In this document: one piece after another, positions 1 to 7,832 of the stretch | Position numbering within the stretch: position 1 is the stretch's first letter | Layout of the letters: each line of letters starts with the position of its first letter | Assembly (NCBI RefSeq): GCF_000940845.1 | Contig: NZ_CP010341.1 | Location: forward strand, 1,860,001 to 1,892,000 | DNA length: 32,000 bases | Direction: 5' to 3' | DNA from: Propionibacterium freudenreichii subsp. freudenreichii | GTDB lineage: Bacteria; Actinomycetota; Actinomycetes; Propionibacteriales; Propionibacteriaceae | Program-made: the position numbers and the translations under genes | The notes under the pieces: generated by a model | What the model saw: only the letters and a program-made list of their open reading frames with translations | What the model was told of the DNA's origin: nothing | Database searches by the model: none

Positions 1-2726
1 CGCTCCCAGAAGTCGACCATCACCTTCTCCAGGGTCTTCTCGCTCATCTGCCCATGGGCGGTGACCACGCGGGCCTCCGGCACCATCTCGCGGATGCGGG
101 CGGCCACCCGATCGATGCTGGCCACCCGGTTGTGCACCAGGAACACCTGGCCCTCACGTGCCATCTCGCGACGGATCGCGGCCAGCACCTGGCCCTCGTC
201 ATAGGGGCCGGCGAAGGTGAGCACGGGGTGACGTTCCTCCGGTGGCGTGGTGATGGTGCTCATCTCGCGGATACCGGTCACCGCCATCTCCAGGGTGCGC
301 GGGATGGGGGTGGCACTCATCGAGAGCACATCGACGTTGACGCGCAGCTTCTTCAGCGCCTCCTTGTGCTCCACACCGAAACGCTGTTCCTCGTCGATGA
401 TCACCAGGCCGAGGTCCTTGTAGTGCACCTTGGACGACAACAGCCGATGGGTGCCGATCACCACGTCGACCTTGCCCTGCGCCATCTCCTCCAGGGTGGT
501 GGCCACCTCCTTCTCGGTCTGGAAGCGGCTCAGCTGGGCCACCGTCACGGGAAAGCCCGAGTAGCGCTCGGCGAAGGTCTGGTAGTGCTGCTGCACCAGC
601 AGCGTGGTGGGCACCAGCACGGCCACCTGCTTGCCGTCCTGCACGGCCTTGAAGGCGGCACGCACGGCGATCTCGGTCTTGCCGTAGCCGACGTCACCAC
701 AGATCAACCGGTCCATCGGCACGATCTGCTCCATGTCGTGCTTCACGTCGGTGATGCAGGCGAGCTGGTCGGGGGTCTCCTCGTAGCGGAAGGCGTCCTC
801 CATCTCGTGTTGCCAGGGGGTGTCGGGGCTGAAGGCATGTCCGCGCGAGGCCTGGCGGGCCGCGTACAGCTTGATCAGGCCGGCAGCCACCTGGCGTACG
901 GCCTTGCGGGCGCGGCTCTTGCGGTGCTTCCACTCGGCGCCGCCCATCTTGTCGAGCGCCGGTGCCTCACCACCCACGTAGCGGGTCACCTGGTCGAGCT
1001 GGTCCATCGGCACATAGAGGCGATCGCCGGGCTGCCCGCGCTTGGACGCCGCATATTCGATCACCATGTACTCACGGGTGGCCCCTGCCACCGTGCGCTG
1101 GGTCATCTCCACGAAGCGTCCGACACCGTGCTGCTCGTGCACCAGGGGGTCGCCGGGCTTCAGCTCCAGGGGCACCACCTGGTTGCGGCGCTTGGTGGGC
1201 ATCTTGCGCGACGAGCGGTCTGCGTTGGGCTGGTTGGTGATGTCGCCGGCGGCCACCAGGGTGAGCTTGAGGTCGGGGGCGCGGAAGCCGTGGCGCAGTC
1301 CCGACAGGATGATGGACACCACATGGGGCTCGGGCTCATCGGGCAGTTCGTCGAGCACGCGGGCGGGCGTGTCATGGTCGCGCAGCATCTCGGCCATGCG
1401 GTTGGCCAGTCCCTTGCCCTCGACGCTGGACACCACGCGCCAACCGCGGGCCAGATCATCGGTCATGGTGGCGATGGCCTTCTCGGCGTCGCCGCGCCAG
1501 CCGGGCAGCGGCTCCATGTCGAGGATCATCTCGGGGATCCCCCCGGCGAACGCCGCGTCGGCGGCCGAGACGGATTCGCCCGCGGATGCGGATTCTCCGG
1601 TGGGGTCCTCGCCCTGCGGGGCACTGTCGGGTGCCGCGGCGAAGGCCGACAGGCTCCACCAGCCCTGGCCGATGTCGAGGCTGTGCTGGCGCACATCGGC
1701 CAGCTCCTGGTACGACGACGCGGCCAGGTCGATGGGGGCCTTGCCGCCCGCGGCAGCAGCCGCCCACGAGGCGTGCAGGAACTCCTGGCTGGTGCGCACC
1801 AGGTCGGCGGCGCGGGTGCGCACCAGCTCCGGGTCGCAGACCAGGGTGAGGGTTTCGGGGGCCATCACGTCGACGAGCAGCTCCACGCCGTCGGCAAGCG
1901 CCGGGATGAGGGCCTCCATGCCCTCCACCGACTGGCCCTGCGAGATCTTCTCCAGCATCTCGGACAGTTCGGGGTGGGCGTCGACGAGGGCGGCCGCGCG
2001 CTGTTGCACCTCGGGAGTGATGAGCAGCTCACGACAAGGGGCGGCAACGAATTCGTCGACGGTCTCGTCGGTGGAGCGCTGGTCGCCGACGGTGAAGAAG
2101 CGCAGGTCCTCGATGGTGTCGCCGAAGAAGTCGACGCGCACCGGATGGCTGTAGGTGGGGGCGAAGATGTCGACGATGCCACCGCGCACCGCGAATTCGC
2201 CGCGGCGCTCGACCAGGTCGACCCGCGAGTAGGCGGCGGCCACCAGGTCGGCCTCGAGCCGGGAGGGGTCATAGTCCTCGGCGGTGCGCAGCTTCACCAC
2301 CGGAAGGTCGGCCAGGCCGCGCACCTGGGGTTGCAGCACCGAACGGATCGGAGCCACCACGACCGAGGGCGCAGGCAGGTCGTCCTTGCCGGCAATGCGA
2401 CGCAGCACCTCGAGGCGGTGGCCCACGGTGTCCGAATTGGGGCTCAGCCGCTCGTGGGGAAGCGTCTCCCAGGCCGGGTAGTAGGCAACCTCCTCGTCGC
2501 CGAGCAGCGAGCTCAGCTCGTCCACGAGGGACTCCGCCTCGCGGAACGTGGAGGTGACCACGAGCAATGGACGTCCGGCACGACGCACCAACCCCGAGGT
2601 GATGAAAGCCCTGGTGGCGGGTGGTCCTGCGATGTCGAGAGCCGGCACACCTGCGCGCGCCTGCTCAATCGCATCGGCAATAGCCGGGTCGTTACAAACG
2701 GTATCGATCAGACCCTGCAGCATCAC
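1..2726 (-). CDS. mfd: Transcription-repair coupling factor Mfd, N-terminal ~908 codons (3' end lies beyond position 1)
   Basis: Absent from the ORF track because there is no stop inside the window. Manual reverse translation from GTG 2726 / ATG 2723 stays open to position 1. It reads [92 protein letters not shown], which are Mfd/RecG-type SF2 helicase motifs. The + strand ORF 54..3245 is its antisense shadow. Confidence 0.93.
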   Translation of the reverse strand, partial: MMLQGLIDTVCNDPAIADAIEQARAGVPALDIAGPPATRAFITSGLVRRAGRPLLVVTSTFREAESLVDELSSLLGDEEVAYYPAWETLPHERLSPNSDTVGHRLEVLRRIAGKDDLPAPSVVVAPIRSVLQPQVRGLADLPVVKLRTAEDYDPSRLEADLVAAAYSRVDLVERRGEFAVRGGIVDIFAPTYSHPVRVDFFGDTIEDLRFFTVGDQRSTDETVDEFVAAPCRELLITPEVQQRAAALVDAHPELSEMLEKISQGQSVEGMEALIPALADGVELLVDVMAPETLTLVCDPELVRTRAADLVRTSQEFLHASWAAAAAGGKAPIDLAASSYQELADVRQHSLDIGQGWWSLSAFAAAPDSAPQGEDPTGESASAGESVSAADAAFAGGIPEMILDMEPLPGWRGDAEKAIATMTDDLARGWRVVSSVEGKGLANRMAEMLRDHDTPARVLDELPDEPEPHVVSIILSGLRHGFRAPDLKLTLVAAGDITNQPNADRSSRKMPTKRRNQVVPLELKPGDPLVHEQHGVGRFVEMTQRTVAGATREYMVIEYAASKRGQPGDRLYVPMDQLDQVTRYVGGEAPALDKMGGAEWKHRKSRARKAVRQVAAGLIKLYAARQASRGHAFSPDTPWQHEMEDAFRYEETPDQLACITDVKHDMEQIVPMDRLICGDVGYGKTEIAVRAAFKAVQDGKQVAVLVPTTLLVQQHYQTFAERYSGFPVTVAQLSRFQTEKEVATTLEEMAQGKVDVVIGTHRLLSSKVHYKDLGLVIIDEEQRFGVEHKEALKKLRVNVDVLSMSATPIPRTLEMAVTGIREMSTITTPPEERHPVLTFAGPYDEGQVLAAIRREMAREGQVFLVHNRVASIDRVAARIREMVPEARVVTAHGQMSEKTLEKVMVDFWE

Positions 2727-2732
2727 CGGTCA

Positions 2733-2738
2733 AGCGTA
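2733..2738 (-). promoter_or_regulatory. -10 box TACGCT, 6 nt upstream of mfd GTG (leaderless-type promoter)
   Basis: The minus strand reads gggTACGCTtgaccgGTGATG. This is the A2/T6 hexamer with 6-nt spacer pattern seen at about 10 starts in this window. Confidence 0.4.
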
Positions 2739-2742
2739 CCCG

Positions 2743-2775
2743 GGGGCGGTAAACGCCCCTGCCCGGTCGACGGGC
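2743..2775 (-). terminator. Two adjacent GC-rich hairpins downstream of the YqeY-like gene (candidate U-tract-less terminator)
   Basis: On the minus strand: GCCCG-TCGAC-CGGGC, then GGGGCG-TTTAC-CGCCCC. They lie between the stop at 2802 and the mfd -10 box. There is no U-run. Confidence 0.3.
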
Positions 2776-2801
2776 GTCGCCGCTCGGCGGCCGTCCGGTC
2801 C

Positions 2802-3167
2802 TCAGTCGACCTGTTCGACCAATCCGCGCAGGGCGTCGGCCTCGGCCCGCTGGGCGGCGGCCTGCTCGGCATCGGTGAACATGGCCGCAGAGACGGCGAG
2901 TTCATCGGCCTCGCGCAGGATGAGTTCCTGTTGTTCGGGCTCGCTCAGCACGCGCCGACCGGCCTCCGCGGCACCCAGGCCGGTGGCGGACGCCTCAATC
3001 GCGCCGGCGGCCGGCATCACGTCGACACCCACGGCGGTGGCGTTGTCGAGCACCGACAGGGCGGCACGCAGGGTGGACATCCGGGTGCGGTTCCTGGCCC
3101 GCATCGCGTCCTTGAGGGCGATGCGCAGCCGGTCGTGGATTCCATCGATTGCCCCGTCATGTGCCAT
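2802..3167 (-). CDS. GatB/YqeY domain-containing protein
   Basis: The segment IHDRLRIALKDAMRARNRTRMSTLRAALSVLDNA.. resembles the YqeY N-terminus (LKEAMKAKD..LSTLR). The track ORF starts at TTG 3203. ATG 3167 (MAHDG..) fits family length better, but the start is uncertain. Confidence 0.7.
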   Translation of the reverse strand: MAHDGAIDGIHDRLRIALKDAMRARNRTRMSTLRAALSVLDNATAVGVDVMPAAGAIEASATGLGAAEAGRRVLSEPEQQELILREADELAVSAAMFTDAEQAAAQRAEADALRGLVEQVD

Positions 3168-3234
3168 GGGGCCAGCAGAGCACAGCGAGCGGGCAGATAC
3201 CAAACAACGCTGCGGGCGTCCCGGGCGCCTCGGA

Positions 3235-3828
3235 TCAGTTGTTGAACCGGTTCTGGGTGGGACCCAGCCCGGCGTTGATCAAGGAGATGACGGCTTCCGC
3301 GCCGTCGTCCACCTCGATCGCCAGTTCCTCGCGTTCGGCCTTGCTGAAGCGCCCCAGCACGTAGTCGGCACCGGCCCGGTGGCCCTGCGGACGGCCGATA
3401 CCCAGGCGCACGCGGTAGAAGTCGCCGGTGCCCAGGTGGGCCCGGATCGACTTGAGTCCGTTGTGCCCGTTGTCGCCGCCGCCCAGCTTGATGCGCAGGC
3501 GACCGGGGTCCAGGTCGAGTTCGTCATGCACCACGATGATGTGGTCGGGCTCGATGTCCAGGAAGTCGGACAGCTTGCGCACGGCGCGGCCCGACTCATT
3601 CATGAAGGTGCGCGGCTTGGCCAGCACCAACTTCTCGGGGGCGGGCCCGCCGATCCCCTGGGGTCCGATCCTGGTGGAGGCGGTTTCGGCGTGCATGCCC
3701 CGCGAGGCACTGAAGCGCTCCCCCGCCCGCCTGGCCAGTTCGTCGACGGTCAGAAAGCCGATGTTGTGCCGGGTATTGGCATATTGCGGCCCGGGATTGC
3801 CCAGACCCACCACCAACCAGCTCATCAT
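3235..3828 (-). CDS. pth: Peptidyl-tRNA hydrolase
   Basis: MMSWLVVGLGNPGPQYANTRHNIGF.. is the canonical Pth N-terminus. AGGGGG lies just upstream of the ATGATG (start at 3828 or 3825). Confidence 0.95.
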   Translation of the reverse strand: MMSWLVVGLGNPGPQYANTRHNIGFLTVDELARRAGERFSASRGMHAETASTRIGPQGIGGPAPEKLVLAKPRTFMNESGRAVRKLSDFLDIEPDHIIVVHDELDLDPGRLRIKLGGGDNGHNGLKSIRAHLGTGDFYRVRLGIGRPQGHRAGADYVLGRFSKAEREELAIEVDDGAEAVISLINAGLGPTQNRFNN

Positions 3829-3841
3829 TGCCCCCTGTTGT

Positions 3842-3865
3842 CAGATGTTCTTGCAGATGTTCTTG
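3842..3865. repeat. Perfect tandem 12-mer x2: CAGATGTTCTTG CAGATGTTCTTG
   Basis: Read directly from the sequence. It lies 14-37 nt upstream of the pth start. On the coding strand each unit reads CAAGAACATCTG. Confidence 0.95.
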
Positions 3866-3877
3866 TCGTCGCCCACT

Positions 3878-3922
3878 CTTGTTCAGAATGGCCTTGTTCT
3901 GAATGGCCTTGTTCCGGCTGGT
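3878..3922. repeat. Tandem 15-mer x3: CTTGTTCAGAATGGC / CTTGTTCTGAATGGC / CTTGTTCCGGCTGGT
   Basis: Read directly from the sequence. Units 1 and 2 differ at one base; unit 3 is degenerate. It is located in the ctc-pth spacer. Confidence 0.9.
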
Positions 3923-3977
3923 CCTGCGATCACGTACCCCGGTGCGCCACGAGTGGGCGCCGCCCGAGCAGGCAGAC

Positions 3978-4008
3978 GGGGCGGGACCACGCCGTGTGAT
4001 CCCGCCCC
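3978..4008 (-). terminator. Hairpin downstream of rplY/ctc (9-bp GC stem GGGGCGGGA/TCCCGCCCC, 13-nt loop)
   Basis: Perfect 9-bp stem about 25 nt after the ctc stop at 4033. There is no U-tract, which is common in actinobacteria. Confidence 0.45.
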
Positions 4009-4032
4009 ATCGTGTCAGCTGGTGTGGTGCGC

Positions 4033-4692
4033 TCAGCTCTCGGAGTCGGCGCCCTCGGCAGCCTCTGCGCCCTCGGCACCCTCTTCGCCGGCGACGGGAA
4101 CCTCGGGCTCCTCGGCCTCGGTCTCACCGAGCTCGGCCTCAAGGGCCTCCTCGGAGATCTGGGCGACGGCCGACAGGATCAGCGTCTCGGGATCGTCCTC
4201 GAGCTCCGCGCCCGCAGGCAGGGTGATCTGGCCGGCCAGCAGCTGGTCGCCAACCTCCATGCCATCGATCGAGGCCTCGATGCGGTTCGGGATCGCGGTG
4301 ATCTCGGCCTGGATGGCCAGCTGGGTGCGCTCCTCGTTGATGATCGCCTCGGGGGAGGCAACACCCACGAATTCCAGCGGCACCTCAACGGTGACCTTCT
4401 CGCCGCGACGCACGCGCAGCAGGTCGACATGCTTGATGAAGCCCTTGATGGGATCGCGCTGCACCTGCTTGGGCAGTGCCAGCAGGTCCTCGTCGCCCTC
4501 AACGTGGATGTTCAACAGGGCGTTGGCGGTGCGCAGCGCCAGCAGGGTCTGGTGGCCCGGCAGCGTCAGGTGCACCGGGTCGGTGCCGTGCCCGTAGAGC
4601 ACGGCGGGAATCTTGTCCTCGCGGCGGATGCGGCGGGCCGCACCCTTGCCGAACTCGTTGCGCGGTTCGGCGTTCAGCTCGATCTCAGCCAT
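4033..4692 (-). CDS. rplY: 50S ribosomal protein L25 / general stress protein Ctc, with acidic C-terminal tail
   Basis: Starts MAEIELNAEPRNEFGKGAARRIRREDKIPAVLYGHG... GAGGAG lies 5 nt upstream of the ATG. Confidence 0.93.
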   Translation of the reverse strand: MAEIELNAEPRNEFGKGAARRIRREDKIPAVLYGHGTDPVHLTLPGHQTLLALRTANALLNIHVEGDEDLLALPKQVQRDPIKGFIKHVDLLRVRRGEKVTVEVPLEFVGVASPEAIINEERTQLAIQAEITAIPNRIEASIDGMEVGDQLLAGQITLPAGAELEDDPETLILSAVAQISEEALEAELGETEAEEPEVPVAGEEGAEGAEAAEGADSES

Positions 4693-4697
4693 CGGTT

Positions 4698-4727
4698 CTC
4701 CTCATGATCAACATGTGCCGTGAGGAG
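4698..4727 (-). promoter_or_regulatory. Hairpin pairing the ctc Shine-Dalgarno (TGAGGAG) with an upstream CTCCTCA anti-SD
   Basis: The minus-strand RNA reads ..gCCUCCUCAcggcacauguugaucaUGAGGAGaaccgAUG. This gives 7 perfect base pairs and a 16-nt loop. Confidence 0.4.
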
Positions 4728-4870
4728 GCATCCCCACGCATCAACACCGTGACGTGTCAGGGAACCTGAGGGTGAACCATGCTCGACGCGCATCTGCGGA
4801 GCATTCACCCGCGGCGCACCAGTCGATCACGGCCCACAACACTGCGGACCCTCGCCAAGCGGCAGGGGCA

Positions 4871-4876
4871 ACTATA
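4871..4876 (-). promoter_or_regulatory. Candidate -10 box TATAGT for rplY/ctc (would give a ~170-nt leader)
   Basis: The minus strand reads ggcTATAGTtgcccc. This is the best -10-like hexamer in the 377-bp spacer. No clear -35 element. Confidence 0.3.
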
Positions 4877-4948
4877 GCCGAACGGCGACCGATCCCCGTC
4901 ATCGGCGGAACCGTCGCCGCATCAGGTGGGGCCACCACCGGGCCCGGG

Positions 4949-5004
4949 ACGCATTGACCCCGGCACGCATTGACCCCCGACCATGTGCTGGCCGGGGGTC
5001 AATG
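4949..5004. repeat. Triplicated element: ACGCATTGACCCC x2 direct (16-bp phase) plus one inverted copy. Forms a 12-bp perfect hairpin.
   Basis: The copies are 4949-4961, 4965-4978 and the inverted copy at 4993-5004. CATTGACCCCCG (4968-4979) pairs perfectly with CGGGGGTCAATG (4993-5004), with a 13-nt loop. Confidence 0.9.
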
Positions 5005-5069
5005 TCACGGCCCCACCGTGAAACGCAGAACGGGGGAAACCAGGGTCGTGGGGACCCGGGACGGGAGGC

Positions 5070-6065
5070 TCAGCCCTGCGGGCCGCTGTGTGACTTGTTC
5101 GTGAACAGGCTCGTCACCGAGCCGTCCTCGAAGACCTCGCGGATGGCGCGGGCCAGCAGCGGGGCGATGGACAGCACGGTCATCTTGGGGATGTCGATGC
5201 CTTCGGGAATCGGCAGGGTGCTGGTGAAGATGATCTCCTCGAACGGCGTCTCGTTGAGACGCTCCTGCGCCGGACCCGACAGGATGGGGTGGGTGGCGCA
5301 GGCAATCACCTTCGCGGCCCCGCGGTCGAGCAGCGCATTGGCGGCCTGACAGATGGTGCCGCCGGTGTCGATCATGTCGTCGACGAGCAGGCAGGTGCGT
5401 CCCTCGACGTCGCCCACCACCTCATGGACCTTCACTTGGTTGGCCTTGGTGGGGTCGTGGCGCTTGTGGATGATGGCCAGCGGCACCGTGAGGCGGTCGC
5501 TCCAGTTGTCCGCCAGGCGCACGCGGCCGGCATCGGGGCTCACCACCACCATGTCGTCGCCGCCGTACTTCTTCTCGACATAGTCGGCCAGCACGGGCAG
5601 GCCGGACAGGTGGTCGAGCGGGCCGTTGAAGAAGCCCTGGATCTGCGCGGCATGCAGGTCAACCGACATGATGCGGTCGGCGCCGGCCGTGCGGAACAGG
5701 TCGGAGACCAGGCGGGCCGAGATGGGCTCGCGGCCCAGGTGCTTCTTGTCCTGACGGGCATAGGGGAAGCACGGTGCCACCACGGTGATGCGCTTGGCCG
5801 ACGCCCGCTTCAGGGCATCGACCATGATCAGCTGCTCCATGAGCCACTCGTTGACCGGTGCCGGATGGCTCTGGATCACGAAGGCATCGCAGCCACGCAC
5901 CGATTCCTCGAAGCGCACGTAGATTTCGGAGTTCGCATAGGTGATGAGGCGGCTGGGCACCAGCTCAACATCCATCAGGTCGGACACGCGCTGGGCCAAC
6001 TCCGGATAGGCCCTGCCCGAGAACAGCATCAGATGCTGTTTGCTGTTGCGCTTGACGCCGGTCAT
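5070..6065 (-). CDS. prs: Ribose-phosphate pyrophosphokinase (PRPP synthetase)
   Basis: HLMLFSGRAYPELAQRV.., VVSPDAGRVRLA and LLVDDMIDTGGTI (PRPP-binding loop). Sits 33 nt downstream of glmU, consistent with an operon. Confidence 0.95.
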   Translation of the reverse strand: MTGVKRNSKQHLMLFSGRAYPELAQRVSDLMDVELVPSRLITYANSEIYVRFEESVRGCDAFVIQSHPAPVNEWLMEQLIMVDALKRASAKRITVVAPCFPYARQDKKHLGREPISARLVSDLFRTAGADRIMSVDLHAAQIQGFFNGPLDHLSGLPVLADYVEKKYGGDDMVVVSPDAGRVRLADNWSDRLTVPLAIIHKRHDPTKANQVKVHEVVGDVEGRTCLLVDDMIDTGGTICQAANALLDRGAAKVIACATHPILSGPAQERLNETPFEEIIFTSTLPIPEGIDIPKMTVLSIAPLLARAIREVFEDGSVTSLFTNKSHSGPQG

Positions 6066-6098
6066 TCCCGTTTCTCTCCTCTTATCCCCTGGGGGGCT

Positions 6099-7646
6099 TC
6101 AGTTGTCCTGGGATGAGTTCTTGGCGGCGTCAGCGGCAAGCGCCTGCCTGCTTGCCTGCACGGCCGGATGGATGTCCCCGGTGGAGTTGCGGGCTGCCTC
6201 GTCCGCCTTGCTCCCCGGATGACGGGCGGCCACCCAGCTGTCGGAGACATGTTCACGACCACGGGCCACGGCCAACGCCCCGGCGGGCACGTCGTCGATG
6301 ATCGCCGAGCCGGCGGCCACGAAGGCGCCGTCGGCCACGTCGACCGGCGCCACGAGCACCGAGTTCGACCCGATGAACACGTCGTCGCCCAGGTGGGTGG
6401 TCGACTTGTGCTTGCCGTCGTAGTTGGCGAACACGGTGCCGGCGCCCACGTTGACGTCCTCGCCGATGATCGCGTCACCGCAATAGGTCAGGTGGGGCAC
6501 CTTGGAGTTCTCGCCGATCTTGGCGTTCTTCGTCTCCACGAAGGTGCCGATCTTGCCGCCCATCGCCAGCTCCGTGCCGGGACGCAACCTCGCCCACGGG
6601 CCCACATTGGTCCTGGGACCGATCACGGCCAGCTCACCGTGGGTGCGGATCACCTGCGCGTCCTCACCGACCTCGACGTCCTTCAGGGTGGTGTCGGGGC
6701 CGATCGTGGCGCCGGCAGCAATGGAGGTGGCCCCCAACAACTGCGTGCCCGGCAGCAGGGTGACGTCCTGCTCCAGGGTGACGTCGCGCTGGATCCAGGT
6801 GGTGGCGGGATCGGCGATGGTGACGCCCTGCAACATCCAGTGCTCACAGATGCGCCGATTCACCTCGGCGTTCATCCGCGCCAACTGCACGCGATCGTTG
6901 ACGCCCTCGGTCTGCCAGGTGTCCTCGGTCTGGTAGGCGCCCACGGCATGGTGATGGCGGTTGGCGTACTCGATCACGTCGGTGAGATAGAGCTCGCCCT
7001 GCGAGTTGTTGGTGCGCAGGCTGGCCAGGCCGCGACGCAGCAGGTCGGCGTCGAAGACATAGATCCCCGAGTTGATCTCGGTGATGAACAGTTCGTCGGG
7101 GTCGGCGTCCTTGTGCTCGACGATGCGCAGCACCTGATGGTTCTCGCGCACCACCCGGCCGTAGCCGGTGGGATCGTCGACGTTGGCGGTGAGCACGGTG
7201 GCGGCATTGTGCTGGGTGTTGTGGGTGTCGACCAGCGCCTGCAGCGTGGCACCCGACAGCATGGGGACGTCGCCGTAGGTGACCACCACGTCACCGCTCA
7301 GGTCGGCGGGCAGTGCATCCAGCCCGACGCGCACCGCATCACCGGTGCCGTTCTGCTGTTCCTGCACGGCGATGGTTGCCTCGGGGGCGACCTCGGCCAG
7401 GTGCTCCTCGACCTGGGCGCGCTGGTGACCCACCACCACCACCAGGCGTTGGGGTTCCAGGGCCGCGGCTGCCCGCAGCGCGCTGCTGATCATCGACTCG
7501 CCGGCAACCTCGTGGAGGATCTTCGAGGTGCGCGACTTCATGCGCGTGCCCTCGCCGGCGGCCAGCACGATCACGGCCGCGACACGCGGCACGGCGGTGG
7601 CGTCACTCGAGCGTTGCGGGGCGGTCCGTTCGGAATGGGTGCTCAT
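6099..7646 (-). CDS. glmU: Bifunctional GlcNAc-1-P uridyltransferase / GlcN-1-P acetyltransferase GlmU
   Basis: AAVIVLAAGEGTRMKS (nucleotidyltransferase motif), C-terminal hexapeptide repeats, and a C-terminal tail. The true start is ATG 7646, preceded by cAGGAGGaatcgcg. The track ORF (to 8069) over-extends across the tRNA gene. Confidence 0.93.
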   Translation of the reverse strand: MSTHSERTAPQRSSDATAVPRVAAVIVLAAGEGTRMKSRTSKILHEVAGESMISSALRAAAALEPQRLVVVVGHQRAQVEEHLAEVAPEATIAVQEQQNGTGDAVRVGLDALPADLSGDVVVTYGDVPMLSGATLQALVDTHNTQHNAATVLTANVDDPTGYGRVVRENHQVLRIVEHKDADPDELFITEINSGIYVFDADLLRRGLASLRTNNSQGELYLTDVIEYANRHHHAVGAYQTEDTWQTEGVNDRVQLARMNAEVNRRICEHWMLQGVTIADPATTWIQRDVTLEQDVTLLPGTQLLGATSIAAGATIGPDTTLKDVEVGEDAQVIRTHGELAVIGPRTNVGPWARLRPGTELAMGGKIGTFVETKNAKIGENSKVPHLTYCGDAIIGEDVNVGAGTVFANYDGKHKSTTHLGDDVFIGSNSVLVAPVDVADGAFVAAGSAIIDDVPAGALAVARGREHVSDSWVAARHPGSKADEAARNSTGDIHPAVQASRQALAADAAKNSSQDN

Positions 7647-7692
7647 CGCGATTCCTCCTGTCCGAGCGCACCTGGCATCTGTTGCCAAGACG

Positions 7693-7814
7693 CTGCTTGC
7701 CACACAACTTCGGTACCACTTGTTCAGTATTGCTTGTTGCCCAGTACTGCTTGCTTCCACACCAGCTGCTCGTCGCCGCGTGCCCGCGGCCACGTGCCGG
7801 TGACTGCTTGCCAC
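7693..7814. repeat. Repeat cluster in the tRNA-Gln/glmU spacer: CTGCTTGCCAC at 7693 and 7804, variant CTGCTTGCTTCCAC at 7747, and two tandem 17-nt units at 7719-7752
   Basis: Read directly from the sequence. The tandem units are CTTGTTCAGTATTGCTT and GTTGCCCAGTACTGCTT (13/17 identical). On the coding strand they read AAGCA(G/A)TACTG.. Confidence 0.85.
7775..7790 (-). terminator. GC hairpin GCCGCG-GGCA-CGCGGC downstream of tRNA-Gln
   Basis: 6-bp perfect stem with a tetraloop, about 43 nt after the tRNA 3' end. No U-tract. Confidence 0.3.
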
Positions 7815-7832
7815 CGACCCTTCACGAGCCAG

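Noticed and set aside
54-3245. 1063-aa + strand ORF, the longest in the track
   Set aside because: Its composition (runs of G/H/L/A/R/D) has no recognisable domain. It lies exactly antisense to mfd plus the YqeY-like gene, whose translations carry unmistakable motifs. This is the classic stop-free shadow frame of high-GC DNA.
3842-3922. Could the short tandem repeats (here, at 7719-7752 and at 12966-13036) be a CRISPR array?
   Set aside because: The units are 12-32 bp and directly abutting, or separated by only about 10 bp. There are only 2-3 copies, no unique spacers of about 30 bp, and no cas genes in the window.
4885-4918. C-rich-loop hairpin (CGAU-CCCCGUC-AUCG inside GGCGAC..GUCGCC), reminiscent of actinobacterial 6C RNA
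   Set aside because: There is only one C-rich loop and only four consecutive Cs. The orientation would be antisense to both flanking genes. It has no promoter or terminator of its own. This is insufficient to call an sRNA.
4741-4957. Small ORFs (65 aa on the minus strand, 67 aa on the plus strand) in the prs-ctc spacer, where mycobacteria carry lpqT
   Set aside because: There is no lipobox or signal peptide, no SD or leaderless promoter, and poor codon pattern. The two ORFs overlap each other on opposite strands. The region looks non-coding and structured instead.
5091-5108. Near-palindrome TGTTCGTGAACA, containing the TGTTC motif
   Set aside because: It lies inside the prs coding region (C-terminal ..LFTNKSH..), and its sequence is fully explained by the codons. 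It was not counted as an intergenic motif instance.
7710-7730. DasR (dre) site upstream of glmU: AGTGGTACCGAAGT
   Set aside because: Only the first half (AGTGGT) matches the 16-bp dre consensus as I recall it. The second half does not, and the sequence is not palindromic.
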